From assembly GCF_009914755.1 (NCBI RefSeq), contig NC_060939.1: a stretch of 64,000 nt of DNA; one strand, written 5' to 3'. Below, piece after piece: positions 43,156 to 57,576 of the stretch. How positions within the stretch are numbered: the first letter of the stretch is position 1; each line of letters begins with the position of its first letter. Origin of the DNA: the human T2T-CHM13v2.0 reference genome, Homo sapiens. A program made the translations under genes and the position numbers. The notes beneath the pieces were generated by a model, which was not told where the DNA came from, made no database searches, and saw only the letters and a list, made by a program, of their open reading frames with translations.

Positions 43156-43169
43156 AGGCTTTGTGAGAG

Positions 43170-43425
43170 ACTGTAGACGGTGTAAAAACAAGAACATTAG
43201 CTGGGCTCCAGTTTCCCCTTTTTCTCTCATTAGTACCACAATGTAGAGTGAGTTATTTAACCTCTCTACATCTCAGTCTTCTCATCTCTAAGACGGTGCT
43301 AATAATGGCACTCTGCTTCATACAGTTCTTGAGGGAATTTAGATGAGATAATACAAATAAAGCACTGACCATTGCACCTGGCATTCGAGAAGCTCCTAGC
43401 AAATGCTAGCCACTAATATTATGGT
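43170..43425 (+). mobile_element. MIR (MIRb-like)
   Basis: gagttatttaacctctctacatctcagtcttctcatct...atgagataatacaaataaagcact. Confidence 0.8.
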
Positions 43426-43461
43426 TGCCGTCATCATTGCTTCTGTGGTTCTTAAAATAGA

Positions 43462-43680
43462 ATGGTGATTTCCAAAATCACTGCAGAAAATGGTCTCCCA
43501 GGATAAACAGGTGGCATGCCAACAAAGACTTCATGGTTCCAAAGGTTTGGGAAATACCAACTTAGAGAAAGTTAAGCAAGATTTGTACTCTGTGCATGTG
43601 GCTCTCCAAGAAGAGGTAAAGTATATAACAATTCCCAGCTGTGTTTGGTTAGGATCATTTTTAAAGAACACTCCTTGGAA
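43462..43680. mobile_element. MER103-like hAT-Charlie fragment
   Basis: gtttgggaaatacc...aaagttaagcaag...ctccaagaagagg...ttcccagctgtgtttgg. Confidence 0.55.
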
Positions 43681-45594
43681 GGAGTGTGTTCTACGAGCTT
43701 TGGGTCCCATGACCACAGACGAGTCTACATCGTCATAAGCTACGCCCATCATCTGATGTGGATGAAGCACACCCCAGAGAATCTGCCCGGAGGTTTCGCG
43801 ACCCATAAGGAGTAAAGAATAGCTGAATGTGGTGAAATGGGGAGACAAGTCACTGGGCAATTAGAAGTGTGAAAATGTGCCTCGTTGGACACAGGGTATG
43901 AGGCAAGCAGAGAAAACTGGTGGAGTAGTCCCCCTGGTAAAAGCTTACTTTTAAAGTAAAATGGCCCAGATAAACCTGATTTCATTAAGTGAGACCTGGA
44001 AATAAGGTTGCCCCATATATACTCAGCCGAAGACGTATGAATGAATAAAGAAATGAATGAATATTTTTATTCCAAAGTTACCCACTTTCCTATAAAACAT
44101 ATCATAAAAGTCACACCATTATTATTATTATTATCATTGATTACCATTACAGTTAAAATTATAAACAACATCCAAACGAATATCACCTAAGCCTTTCTTT
44201 TCCAAGTTGAATATATCACATAAAGCAGGCTCTTTTGATTCCTACGTTTTTATTTATTGGCTTAACCTCCAGGGCTCCATTGGAATAAGTAACACTACAT
44301 GAAAACAAGTTCCAAATGTGAGAGATTCAACAGAACCCAGGACAGGCTTTGTGTAGACATGGATTTTCACATGCTTATTCAAAATATTTGCTGTCAACGG
44401 TACTTGGTGAAAGTGATTGTTACATACAGCATGGCTAACTTTTTTATGTAAATGAAATGCAAATGTATGCAATGTTATCTTTAATGCAGATGTAGCAGAA
44501 AGTATTAAGATATGCTGAGAGCCTAATTAGGTCCTACATCAAAAACTATACATAAACTTGACTCCAATATCTCAAGAACACAAATTGAGTCTAGAAATCC
44601 CAGTTTGCAAGCTTAAAAAAAAGATGTACATATATATTTTAAATCACAGTTCTTTTTCTTTTCCCTTCTCTAAGTCTGAACACTTGAAAGGATGATCTTG
44701 GACAGATATTTCAGCGTGGGGGAGGGGGTGTGGAGTGGGTGGGAAATGAACAAGTTTCTTTCTAACAAAAACCAGGAAGCAAGAAGAGAAAATCAGCCAC
44801 GAGCCCCCCAAAAAGGCAAAACAAAGCTGTCTTGTGCTTTCCATTTTCATATGAAAAATGATGACGTGCCACAAAGCATATTTTTGCATTTATTTCCATT
44901 TCTAACCTTCCTGGAGACAAACACATGTGCATTCCTTCCTAATCGCTGTTACAGTAAAACCTTATGAACTCCAGGTCCACTAATTCTCCATGTTGATCCT
45001 TCTGACGGGGTGAGCGGAAGTTTACCTTTATTTAAGGAGTGAAAGGGTTGACAAAACAAATAAATATCATAAAAAGCATTGCAGCATGCCTGCTCAACCT
45101 ACATGACATAAGCTCTTCTTAAGCACTTAGAAGCACTGTTCATATAGAAAACTATTCAACTGTCTTTTCTATTTACTACAATAGATCCTCCAAAAGAATG
45201 CTCCTATGTGATACTTTGTTAGCCCCTTATAATTTACTATGCATAGTAGAAAAGTGATAAAATGGAACATCTTCGTAATTGTCCATAATCCAGGCTCCTT
45301 ACTAATTCTGAGGAGTCTTGCCTTCTGATTCCTCAGCAAAGTGTAGTAGGCTTAGAGTGGCAAGTACCGGGGGCCTCTCCTGGGCTCTAGCTGTGACTTG
45401 CTCTGTGTCCTTGGACAGCTCAGTGGCTTCTTTCCTGCTAGTTTTATGGGGCTTTTCTTTCCCCATTCACATTCTAAAATTGCTTTGGGAATCAAAATAG
45501 AAAAAAAAGGATGCAGAAACAATCAGAAAAGTATGGAAAGTACTTTATAAATGTAAGGTGTCACTGGTCTCTAAATTGTGAGGGCGTGTGGGAG

Positions 45595-45975
45595 CGTATG
45601 TGTATGTGTAGTGTGTAGCGTAGTGAAAAACTCCACATGCACAGGCATATATATATTTGGATTCATAAATATTTACAGGTGTATATACATCTGCATGCAT
45701 GTATATACGGAGCATGCATGTATATACTGCATGCATGTATATATTGTACTGTGCTCATATATAACATGTGCATAGGTACTCATGGATAAGTACAGATGTA
45801 TATATGACTATACTGACCTCAGAGCAATCATACATATAACACATATGAGTACGTATGTATATGATGATATACTCAAATATACACACATATATTGACACAT
45901 AACAGACACACATCCTCATAAATGGTAAGGATGTATATGTCTATCTCTGCCAAGGCACACATTAAATGTGCATAT
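45595..45975. repeat. Degenerate alternating purine-pyrimidine (TA/CA/TG) low-complexity tract
   Basis: Includes three near-identical copies of gcatgcatgtatata(c) at 45693-45743. Confidence 0.8.
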
Positions 45976-46849
45976 ATCTGAGCTAATTAACCTGTGCACC
46001 TTGCCACAGAGAGTACCTGAAATGGCCCAAGACAAAATCTAGACCTACGTATCCAGGCTGAAGGGCTTAAAGCAAACAGAGCTTATCCAGCTCTATTCCC
46101 TTCTGAGTTTTCTTCCATCTTATCTAATACACCCTCTGAAAAGAAGGATCTTTTTTAGTTCTGCTAAGATCCCCAAATGCTCTTAACATCTCCAAAGCTC
46201 TCTAATACAAAAGGACCCAGTTGCTGCAAGGCACAAGAATTGCACTGGCTTCACAGCACCACAGAACATGCCCAGCGGAATACATTACACAGCGCTCCAC
46301 GCAGCTCCTCTGAAATTGATATTGCTGGCATCACTCGCCCCAAATTTCTAACATTGTCATGATAACCCCATTTGTTCTCAGGAACTGCTTCCCACATTTT
46401 AAAGGAACAGAATTTTCCCCATGTCTGTCCTTCATCATGCCCTTTCTTTAAAGAAAAAAGAAAGTCTTCCCCTGGGTTCTTCCTCCATTTTGTGTAGTAA
46501 TTCCTAGTGTTGTCAGTCGATGATTATCAAGTATATACCAAACATTATTTCCTGCTAATATACAATCTGTGCAATTTTAACCAGGCTTGCACCTCAAGCT
46601 GAGGACAGTGGAAGGTTTTGTCTTCGTGCTAAATAGTTTGGTTCAGAGGATAATCGTTAGAGATGCTCAAAAGAGGTGGGGTTGTTCCGGGCTGGAAAAG
46701 TTAGTGAAGGGGGGGAAACCTGTCCTGCCCCACTCTCACCTTTTCCAGCACTCCCCTCAAAAGAGGAAACCATTCAGCTACTTCAAGTCTCTCACATCTG
46801 TACTTATCCATGGGTACCGTACCTTCATGCACCTTGCTTCTCCTCTGTG

Positions 46850-47950
46850 CCACTCTCCTAATGACCATCTTCCCTCCTGATGGGGTTCCTGATGTCGGCC
46901 TGACCACCTCTCCAATGGCTGGTCACTGACGGGGCCTGCCTGCCCCCAGAATTCACCTCCAAAGTACAGCATGCTCCTGGTTCCTTTGCCACTTCTCAAA
47001 AAGCTTCTTCTGATTTCTGCTCCGACACCAACTTCCCGTCCTCTGACCTCCGCTCTTCTCTCTCTGTATCCTTCACCACCACCCTTCAGCATTAACCACT
47101 GAAGGAATCACTAACCTCTCTCAGAGGCTCCAGATTCACATTTGCAAGTGTCTGCTGGACATCACCACAGAACGTCCCTTTGTAGAGTATCAATGAAACC
47201 AGCTCTGAATGCTGCATCTTCCTTCCAAATCCTAATGTGGCTGCCACTGTCCGAATTTTGCAAGTTTGAAACGCTTCATATATGTCTTTCTGTTCCCTTC
47301 TCTTTAGGACTCCACATTAAGTCAGCATCTCAGTATCACCTCCACTTAGCTTCCCACCTCTGTCACTTAACATTCCATCCTCTCTCCTACTACTCAAGTT
47401 CAGACCATCCCACCTGCAGCCCAGGATGAAAGCACTCTCTTTGCCCCAGAAGTAGCTAGCATCTTACCATGGAAAGCATGCACACAATGGGGAAAGAAGA
47501 GCCAGGATTCTAGTTCGGAATTGCTGCTTCTTCGCAAACAGACTTTGGGCAGTGACTCAATACTTTTCAGGCCCAACATTCACATCTCTAAAATGTGAAT
47601 GAGGCTCTTTTCTTATTGTTTATTGAAGATAATGATGTCTGGCTATTGTTACAACAACCAAGGCTTCCCTTCTCCAATCCAGATGCTTCCAAAACCTTCA
47701 CCCTCAGAGAGACTGATCAAAGAATATCAACAAAAGGCCCTTCACATCTTTATTTTGAAAAGTATCCCAGGCAATCTTGGTGCACTATTAGATTTTGTAG
47801 TCTCTGCTCTAATCCATCATTGAACTTGAAGCTGGAATTCCCTTCCTAAAGCATAACTCAAATCACATTATTCCCAAACTGACAAAACTTCAAGGGCCCC
47901 GTATAATTTCCTGAGGACATTTTAGGCCCCTCATCTATCTTTTCTCCTTC
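46850..47950 (+). mobile_element. L2 fragment with embedded MIR (~47470-47620) and a MER5-like piece (~47650-47800)
   Basis: ctccagattcacatttgcaagtgtctgctggacatcacc; cttcctaaagcataactcaaatcac. Confidence 0.6.
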
Positions 47951-47994
47951 CCAAATGGTAACAGACCTTTGTGCTGAATTAGGCTATTTATTGC

Positions 47995-48435
47995 TGCCTC
48001 TCAGTTATGATGAATTCAATTGTATCAGAAACTCAACTGACAGAGGCCTAAACAACTAAGCATTTACTTTTTTCCACATAACGTGAATTCTGGGGGCAGA
48101 TGGCTTTGTGCTTTGCTTCACTGGTTGTACAAGGTCAGGGATCCGGGCCACAGTTGGTAACTCTCTTGGTCCTCCCCTCAAGGTGGGGAGATGACAGTAG
48201 CAGCTGCGGCAAGCACCAAGTTCACACCTGTGTTCCAACGCTGGGGACGGGAGAGGCCTGCAAAGAGAGGTCCTCCTCAACGCCCCCTCTCTAGTCTATT
48301 GGCCATAAATGGGTCACATGGCTACAGGGGAGGCTGGAAAAGTGACTGCGATGTTTCAGCCTCTATAGTGGGAGACTAGAAAGGCAGAGGCTCCGTGAAT
48401 GACTATGAGTAACCAATTATTAGAAACCCCTAAAT
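47995..48435 (-). mobile_element. MaLR LTR, MLT1 family
   Basis: cagaaactcaactgacagaggcctaaacaa...tattggccataaatgggtcacatggc...ggaggctggaaaagtg. Confidence 0.75.
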
Positions 48436-48499
48436 ACACCGTCAGTATCACTGCCTAAACTTAGAATTGTCCTTTTCCAAACCTGTGTCTGTTTAAGTG

Positions 48500-48710
48500 A
48501 TTATAGCTAACATTCAGTAAGTGCTTGCTATAGGCCAGGCAGTGCTTCAAATGCTTTATGAGTATTAGTTCTTAATATTTACAATAACTCTGAGGCAAGA
48601 GGATTATTCTAGCAATCGTACAAGTGAGGACATTGAGGCTGATCAAGGTTCAAACACAGGGAACCTGACCCTGGATCCCACACTCCTAGCCACAGAACAA
48701 CACTGCCTCT
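48500..48710 (-). mobile_element. MIR
   Basis: atagctaacattcagtaagtgcttgctataggccaggcagtgct. Confidence 0.8.
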
Positions 48711-49154
48711 CAAGGAACAGCTTAAGCATAAATCTTCTCCATGAAGAGGATCTTGCCTGCAATCCCCGGACCAGATGCACAATTCTCTTCCTTAAAATCC
48801 TCTGATGTACTTCTCCTATGGTGAGGGCAATGATATAATCCAAAGTAGGGCATGTCTGAGATGCACGGAAGCACTATCAATAATTACAACAGGAAAACAC
48901 ACTGTCCTATGCAAACAGGGATGTATGAACATCCTACCTGCGGTTCTAGCCTCCAGGAGAGTGCTTGTGTACACATCCAATTTCTTCTTACTGGTGCACT
49001 GGGATTTTGAGGGCGGGCACTATACATGAATGGTATATCACCTGGATGGGCTTCATATGGTGCTCTGCTCAGAATAAGTGCCCTTGGTCAAATAGCTATG
49101 TGCTGACCCAAGGGAGCCTTGAAAGGCTGACAGGATGTACTTACACAAGGGACT

Positions 49155-49415
49155 ACAGGGTGGCATCTGTAAAGAGTGGGAAAGGTGAAGGCTCTAAATC
49201 AGATTTTGCCTGAATTCAAATGCTAGGTCAACCATTTGCAGGCTCTATGATTTGGGACATTTTACTTCACGACTATGTTGACTGAGTTCTCCTGTCTATA
49301 AAATCATGATAACAAAATAAATTTCCCTACAGGGTGTTTGGGACCACTGAGTGAGCTAATTGCATGTAAAATGCTTGACAAAGAAAGACTTCAAATTTAG
49401 GCAGCTATTAATTAA
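49155..49415 (+). mobile_element. MIR
   Basis: tgcctgaattcaaatgct...gttctcctgtctataaaat...tgcatgtaaaatgcttg. Confidence 0.75.
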
Positions 49416-49993
49416 TACAAACATGTTCATTAATTTGTGGGAAAAAATGTATATGAGTAGAACGGGGCACGGCAATTGTGTCACATGCTAAGGTACCACA
49501 GGAAGATAAGTTTGGATTGTGTGTGTGGCTGCTGGGCTTGACCTTATAGGCACCATCTTTTTCCCAATGCTTTTAAGAACAGAGCTCAAAGTTCAGAGTG
49601 CCATCTTTGTTTTCATGCCAGTATTTTCAATGGTGCACACACAGACACACATTCTGTTGATGCAAAATCTGCTATGGACTGGGATGGGGTCATATTCAGA
49701 GCCCTGCCGTGATAAATAAGACTCCTTTCTGTACTTTTGTGCTTTCTTATTTCAAAAGTGGGTAAAAATGTGACCCCCTAGACACATTGTGGCAAAGAGT
49801 GTACAGATTTAAGTAAAATGGTTAACTGAGAGTTAACTGGTTAATTCTATTCTAAAACACGTTTGTGGTTTTGCTGTCTGGAGGTAGAAGAAAATGGTAG
49901 GTTGAACATAAATGCAGGTTTGCATCTTGTCTTTGGCTCCTCAGGTAAGAGATGCAGGGAGGCAGCAGTATCCCTAGTGGTAATCAATGTTTA

Positions 49994-50679
<686 letters not shown>

Positions 50680-51372
50680 CTCAGCTTTTGCAGGGATATG
50701 GAAAGGTGGGACAATCTCAAGATCAGTTAGAAACCTTTAAGACAGCAAACCTGTTGCTGGTGTTGCTGCAGTGTTCCAGGTAAGAGCTTTGGATATTTTT
50801 GTCTAAGCATATTTGGGTTTCCTCTCATGTGAGTGGACACTGAAACAAATGAACTAGCTATGAAAGATGCACCTTTATTCATTGTAATCTCAATCCCAAC
50901 TTCTTCCTTTTCATTATTTCACATGGGATGAGAGACCTTATCACACTGTCTTCATCAGTAGATAACTCCCACTAACTCAAGAATAAGCAGAAGTATCCAA
51001 TTTGTATACACTGATATATAAAACCATGGTATTCTCCTACTTACTTTGATCAACCCCAATTTCGCATGTCCAGTTACTGCCCTGGGGACCCATTAAGAGT
51101 CTATGGAAACAAAAAATGCATGAACGAGTGTTGGGAGTTGATTACAAGTCCAACCCTCTATAAAGGCCACGGCATACTTCTGTTTATTTAATATGCACAA
51201 CACCAAGAGAGAGAGGTAGTAATTCAGTCTGCTGGGTTTCTCCACAAAATCTACCCTAAGGACACCAGCATAACAGGGGAACAAGTCAAACTGGGGTGGA
51301 AATCAGTTGGTATTTAAAAAAATTATACAAGTAGCATTCATCCTAGGAAAAAGCAGAACTTTCTTGGATCTC

Positions 51373-51995
<623 letters not shown>

Positions 51996-54504
51996 TGGAA
52001 ATTTGTTAGACCCCTTTCCGCACTTGATGTTAGACAACAGACCTATAAGCAATTTTATATCTTCTGGCTTACTTTTTGTTTGTTTTGCTTTGGTTTTTGT
52101 ATTTCATGGTTGGGAGCAAGGCAAAAGTGCCCCAAGGTTTTCGGTGTTTAAGATCTCCGAAGTTTTAGGCCCAGATCACATATCTAATGAATCAAACAGA
52201 CAGGACGCAAACCCATGCCTCCGTGACCCAAAGCCCCTTCATGTATAAAATGATGAGCCAGGGTCAAGCTCCAGGATGCCCCTGAAAGTTCTAGCCATTC
52301 TTATGGCATAGCACTGTACACTGGGACATGACTTAATTTCTCCACAGGCTTCTCAAATCCTAAAACACGTCTCTGTCCACGCCTGAGGCTCGGTATCACA
52401 AAGCCTTGTGAAAACGCCTCTCCTGAGAGAACTTTCAGCCCCCAGACAGCCGCTCATTCCCTTCAAGGGCTGTGGTCCCAGGTCCCGGGCCCTAGCTGTG
52501 CTTCAGTGACATGATTCAGGAGAACCTCCTCCAAAGCAGCAGGGCAAACCCTGTTATTTTCTGGGAGCTGTTGTCCTTGAGTCATTACCTCACACTCTTA
52601 GAACTTCTTCCAGTTTCTAGAGATGAAAATGCGACTCAGACAGTCTTCGTGACTAAGGATAGAAGAGAATATAAGGGTGAACACAGGACACCTTGTGGAC
52701 TGAGGACATAAGTTCGTAAAAGCTCCCTGGGCTGATGATTTTAATACAAAAGAGCCACCAGACACGGTTCTGAGTTTAAAAGTAGAAGAAATCTGGTCCA
52801 GTGTAAATCAAGCTTATTAACGTAAAGAATTAGGGCAGAAAAATTAAATGAGTGGATGAAGAAAAAAGTTTGGAAGGAAAAAATAATCCTCCTCACTACC
52901 TTTTACCAAATGAGCGTTGGCAACATGGGTTGGAGTTGCCTTTATGCACATAATTTGCCATGCCTACATTCTTTCAGGGCCTACAATAATGTTCCTAGCC
53001 ATGTATTTGAATTAACCAGGCCCAGAGGATAAAACTTTCAAATTAAACACATTCCTAAAGGATTTCAGGCTCATTGTGTATGCACCAAGGAAACATAACA
53101 TCCTAAAAATAATACGTACACAGAGAGAAGCACATTTTCCATGAACATTAAAGTGGAATATGAATTATGACCCAGCTCATGGGAATAGACATCTGATTAC
53201 ATGCAAAATGGAGCTTTTGTAAATAACATCAGTCTTCGTGAGCTACCACAATTATTATCAACCATTTAATTTTATTCCCTAGCAACTCATCCATCGTTGT
53301 TAAAACTGTCCACTTTTGTTTTTTACCTTCTGATGCATGAGGCTCCGAATTTTATAAAGTTCACCGTTAAAGCTATGTAGATTACCAGCCCAACAGCGAA
53401 CGAGTTCACGAAATTATTAGATTCACCAAAGCATATGCTGCATTGTATATCTGCTATTTTGGGATGTATTTTGCTGGTGAATTGCTAGAAGCAGCAAAAT
53501 TACAACGGTAGCCATTCTGTTCACTTTTTATACAAAGGAATCATGAAAATGTGTTTAAACTTTCGGTATTTGGGTATTTAAGTGCAAAGTGACTCTCAAG
53601 AAAATCAAGTATACTTCTTTCTGTCTCCCTGGCCTGCAATCTTTGACACTATTTTATGAAATACCATCCATAATTCCAGTTGGTCTATGTCATATATAAT
53701 ACGCCTGCCTCATAAGTAGTAAAATAAGCCACTTTGTGCCTTTACCAATTCTATTTCACAACAAAGTCAAGAGACATGTTTATTAATAGAACTAAACTTT
53801 TATTGATAGAAGTTTAAACAGGAATAGATGAAGGATGCTGCCAAATGCATCCTTTGCCTGTTCCTATTTTAAACTCAAAAACCAGACACAAGAAGTACCT
53901 ATGGCTAATCTTTTGTTCTGGGAGAAGTTGCTAGGTGGCACCTCTGAACAATGCCTTTAACACCTTATGGGAGACCTGACCTCATAAAATACGTTGTATT
54001 TTCTTTCCCTTGAAATTCCATTTCAGTCAGAGGTGAGGATTTTCATTGGCTTCCAGAAACCTTTGAGTTTTAACTGCATCAGGAGTAAGCTTAGAAAGCC
54101 TCCTGGCCTGCAAAAAAAAAAAAAGCTGTTGAATTTCACCATGCAGCTTCAACAGCATTTATCATTGTAACTGAGCTGTATTTGGTTGAATTATAAAAGC
54201 CTGTTTGTTTATGTCTCTTCTAATGGAATATGAGCCCAGTGTGGGCGAGGGTCCATTACTATCATATTCATTTGCATGCGCCAATAGTATTAGTTGAATT
54301 GATATTCACTGAAATGAAGAGAGGACTATTTAAGGTGCGAATGCAAGTTTATATTTCTAGTAAACATTTTAACATTTTAGTCCCAATTTCATTTTAGTCT
54401 TGGCCTGAAAACGTATTAACTGGGAGGGCTAGCCATACCTTTCTATTGGAGCCATTCATTTGCCCATTAACACAGAAGAAGTAGAAGAAATGAAAGGGCA
54501 GAGG

Positions 54505-54730
54505 TGGCTTATTCTGTTTTTAGCATCTACTTTGTGTCAGACTTTGGCTCGGCGTTTTGTTTATTTTGTGTCATTTGATCCATAACTATACTACTGAGAT
54601 TGACTGAATTATCCCCATCTTTAAAATTAGGAAACTGGGACTCAGGGAAAGTAAATAACATGCTCAACTAATAAATGGTGGGATCCAGATCTATCCAGCT
54701 CCCAAGCTTGGGCCACGTCCTCTGCTCTGT
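54505..54730 (-). mobile_element. MIR
   Basis: ttatccccatctttaaaattaggaaactgggactcagggaaagtaaataacatgctcaa. Confidence 0.8.
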
Positions 54731-54849
54731 TACAACAAGTATGCTTTTACTCAGGCATCATCTCTAACTTTCTTCTTTAATTCTCTACTTTAAATCTTGC
54801 AATTAATAGGAGATCCTAGATCTGCCAAAATGGATAGATAGTACCTAAA

Positions 54850-55070
54850 ACTATGGTGGTTAACATGTGATTTGAAGTTAGAAAAACTATGGGATAAAGG
54901 CCAAATTACATTTTCTCTCTAAGTCTCAGTTTACCAATCTGCAAAATGGTAACAGGCAATGTCTATCTCCCAAGGTGGCTAGGAGAAATAAATGACCTTA
55001 CAAACCTAAAGCCCATAGCACTGTGAGTACCTAACCCACAGTAAGTGTTCCACGAAGGGTAGCTACTGCC
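54850..55070 (+). mobile_element. MIR
   Basis: tctctctaagtctcagtttaccaatctgcaaaatgg. Confidence 0.8.
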
Positions 55071-55830
55071 ATTATAGCTAACCACTTGTTCAAGCAAAAA
55101 TATTTCTACCATAAATTATTTCCTAAGAGAAAGTTTGCTCAAAAATATTTTTTTTCCCCAAATACTGACAAAAGCTTGCCCTGGGAATCCCATTCCTCTT
55201 CACATCTGACAGTAACCTGGATTTTGACAGCTCTGCTTCTGGCTCACAATGTATTCACATCAGGACCTGCTCTGCTTTTGCCCATCATGGTTACTTCTAC
55301 ATTTTTGCAACTTAATTCCAATAAATATATAAAATAAATGCTGAATTCTATTAATAAATACACAAACGGGTAAAGGCATGCTGGGGGCATGAGGAGGAGT
55401 TGAGTGGTTTATGGAGGGCCCTTCCTATCTCCAGCACAATAGAGACTATGCCAAGGAAATTCATACAAACGGTCTAGATAAGTAGACTGCCAGAAACAAT
55501 CTGGTTTTAATGAACTAAATTAGGATTCATTCATTCAACAAGTATCTAATGAGCTCCTACTATGTGCGGGGCCCTTTGTTAGGTGTTAGAATATCATGGT
55601 GAGTCAAAGCAGATACAGTACCTGCCCCCTCTAGTTTACAGTCTGTTAGAAAAGACCAGCATTAAATTAGGCCAAGAATCAAGCAAACAAAAGTAGAATT
55701 GCAACCATGACAAATGCTAGCAAGGTGACAGACACAGTGCAGTAACCCTATCTAGCAGGATCTGGCCTAGTCATGCAGGTCAGGAAAGTTCACTGAGGAA
55801 GTGATACTGAATTCAATATTTAAAGGCTGG

Positions 55831-56322
55831 CCCAAATGTCTATCAACTGATGCGTGGGCAAATAAAATATAGTCTGTCCATACAATGAAATATATTCCAT
55901 CATAAAAAGAAATGAAGTACTGATTCACGCTAAAATGCAGAGGAAACTCAAAAACATTATGTTAAGGGAAAGATGCCACAGTATTGTATGATTCTACTTA
56001 CATAAATTGTCCAGAACAGGAGGGATGGTGGTGGTGAGGGTGGTGGTGGCTGAAGAGTGACTGCTAGTGGGTATGATGGGGAGTGAGTGCTAGAGGATAC
56101 AGGTTTCTTTTTGGGGTGATGAATATATTCTGAAATAAGATAGTACTGATGGTCTGAAGTAAGATAGTGGTGATGGTTGCACACCTCTGTGAATATATTA
56201 AAAACACTGAATTATACACTCTAGATGGGTGAATTGTGAGGTCTGTGAATTAAAAAAAAAAACATCTAAACACCAACCCGAACCAGATGGTCTGTGAATT
56301 ATATCCCAATAAATCTATGTGA
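55831..56322 (+). mobile_element. L1MB 3' end
   Basis: cccaaatgtctatcaactgatg...gtggtgatggttgcac...gaattatatcccaataaa. Confidence 0.88.
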
Positions 56323-57139
56323 AAATACTGCAAGCCTAGGGAAATGACAAGCTGAGGAGCAAAGCTCCTGTGTGTGGTTGGAGGACACATGACGAGCACC
56401 ATTGGAAAGACAGAAAAAAAAGGCCAGGGAGGATCAGGCCTGAGATGAGACTGAGGAGGGAAGCAGGAGCAAATCCACACAGGGCCCTGCCAGCCATGTT
56501 GATGTTCTGTTTATCCTAAATGCAATGGGTGGCACTGGAGGGCTTTAAGCAGGAAAGAGGTGGAGGGAAGAGGAAAGGACACAATGGAATTTACATTGTG
56601 AAAAGATCATTCTGGCTAAAGTAAGGAGTACAGACGGGAGGGAGTTGGAAAGCTTATGTGTAGGCCAGTTGAGAGGCTGCAAAAGTCCAAGGCAAAGGTG
56701 GAGGTAGCATGGATGGGCCGAAGTGAAGAGATTAGAAAGATGTGTAAGATGTTAAATCAACAGGACAGGGTGACAGACTGGATCTGAGGGTAAAGAAGGG
56801 GAAAGAATTCTTGTTTTCATGTTTTATAACAAGATGGATAGTGGTGGCACCCATGGGAGACAGGACACTGTAAGAGGCCCAAGATGTCAGAGGGAGACAA
56901 TGAGTCTGGTTTTAGACATGGAGATCAAAGCCTTTGGTATCCAAAAAGGGCCACGAGGAAGACAGTGGGTGCAATGATTCCAGAGCTCACTGGAGAGGCC
57001 TGGGCTTGAGATGGGGATCTGTGGCTCACCTAAAGAGAGACAAGTGGAGGCATAAGTACGCATGATCCTGCCCCAGTGAGATGACAGGAAGGCTTGAGAC
57101 TGAGCTCTGAGGAGCCCTGACACTTCATAGCCTGAAACT

Positions 57140-57576
57140 GCATAATTGGAATCTCATCATAAGACAAACCCAAAGTGATGGTCATTCCATGAAGTAACTG
57201 ACCTAGAGTCATCATCTGTGTCAAGGTTATGGAAGTCAAGGAAACGCTAAGGAAGTGTTCACATTAAAGGAAACTAAAGAGACCTGACAACTAGATGTAA
57301 TAGGTGATTCTGAACTAGTACCTTTGGCTATAAAGGACCTGATTGAGACAATGGGTGAAACTTGAACGGGGTCAAAGGATTTGAAGGTTATAATGTATCA
57401 GTGCTAATTTGCTGATATTGATGGTTGTATTATGTATATGCAGGAGAATATCCTTGTATACAGGGATTACACACTAAAGTATTCCAGGTATTGGGGCATG
57501 AGGTTGGCAACTTATTCTCAGATGATTGAGAAGAAAATTAAGTTTATCTGTACTAGTCTTGTTACTTTTCTGTAAG
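57140..57576 (+). mobile_element. L1MC (L1MC4-like) 3' end
   Basis: ttaaaggaaactaaagagacctgacaactagatgtaa...ggcaacttattctcagatg...cttttctgtaag. Confidence 0.8.
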
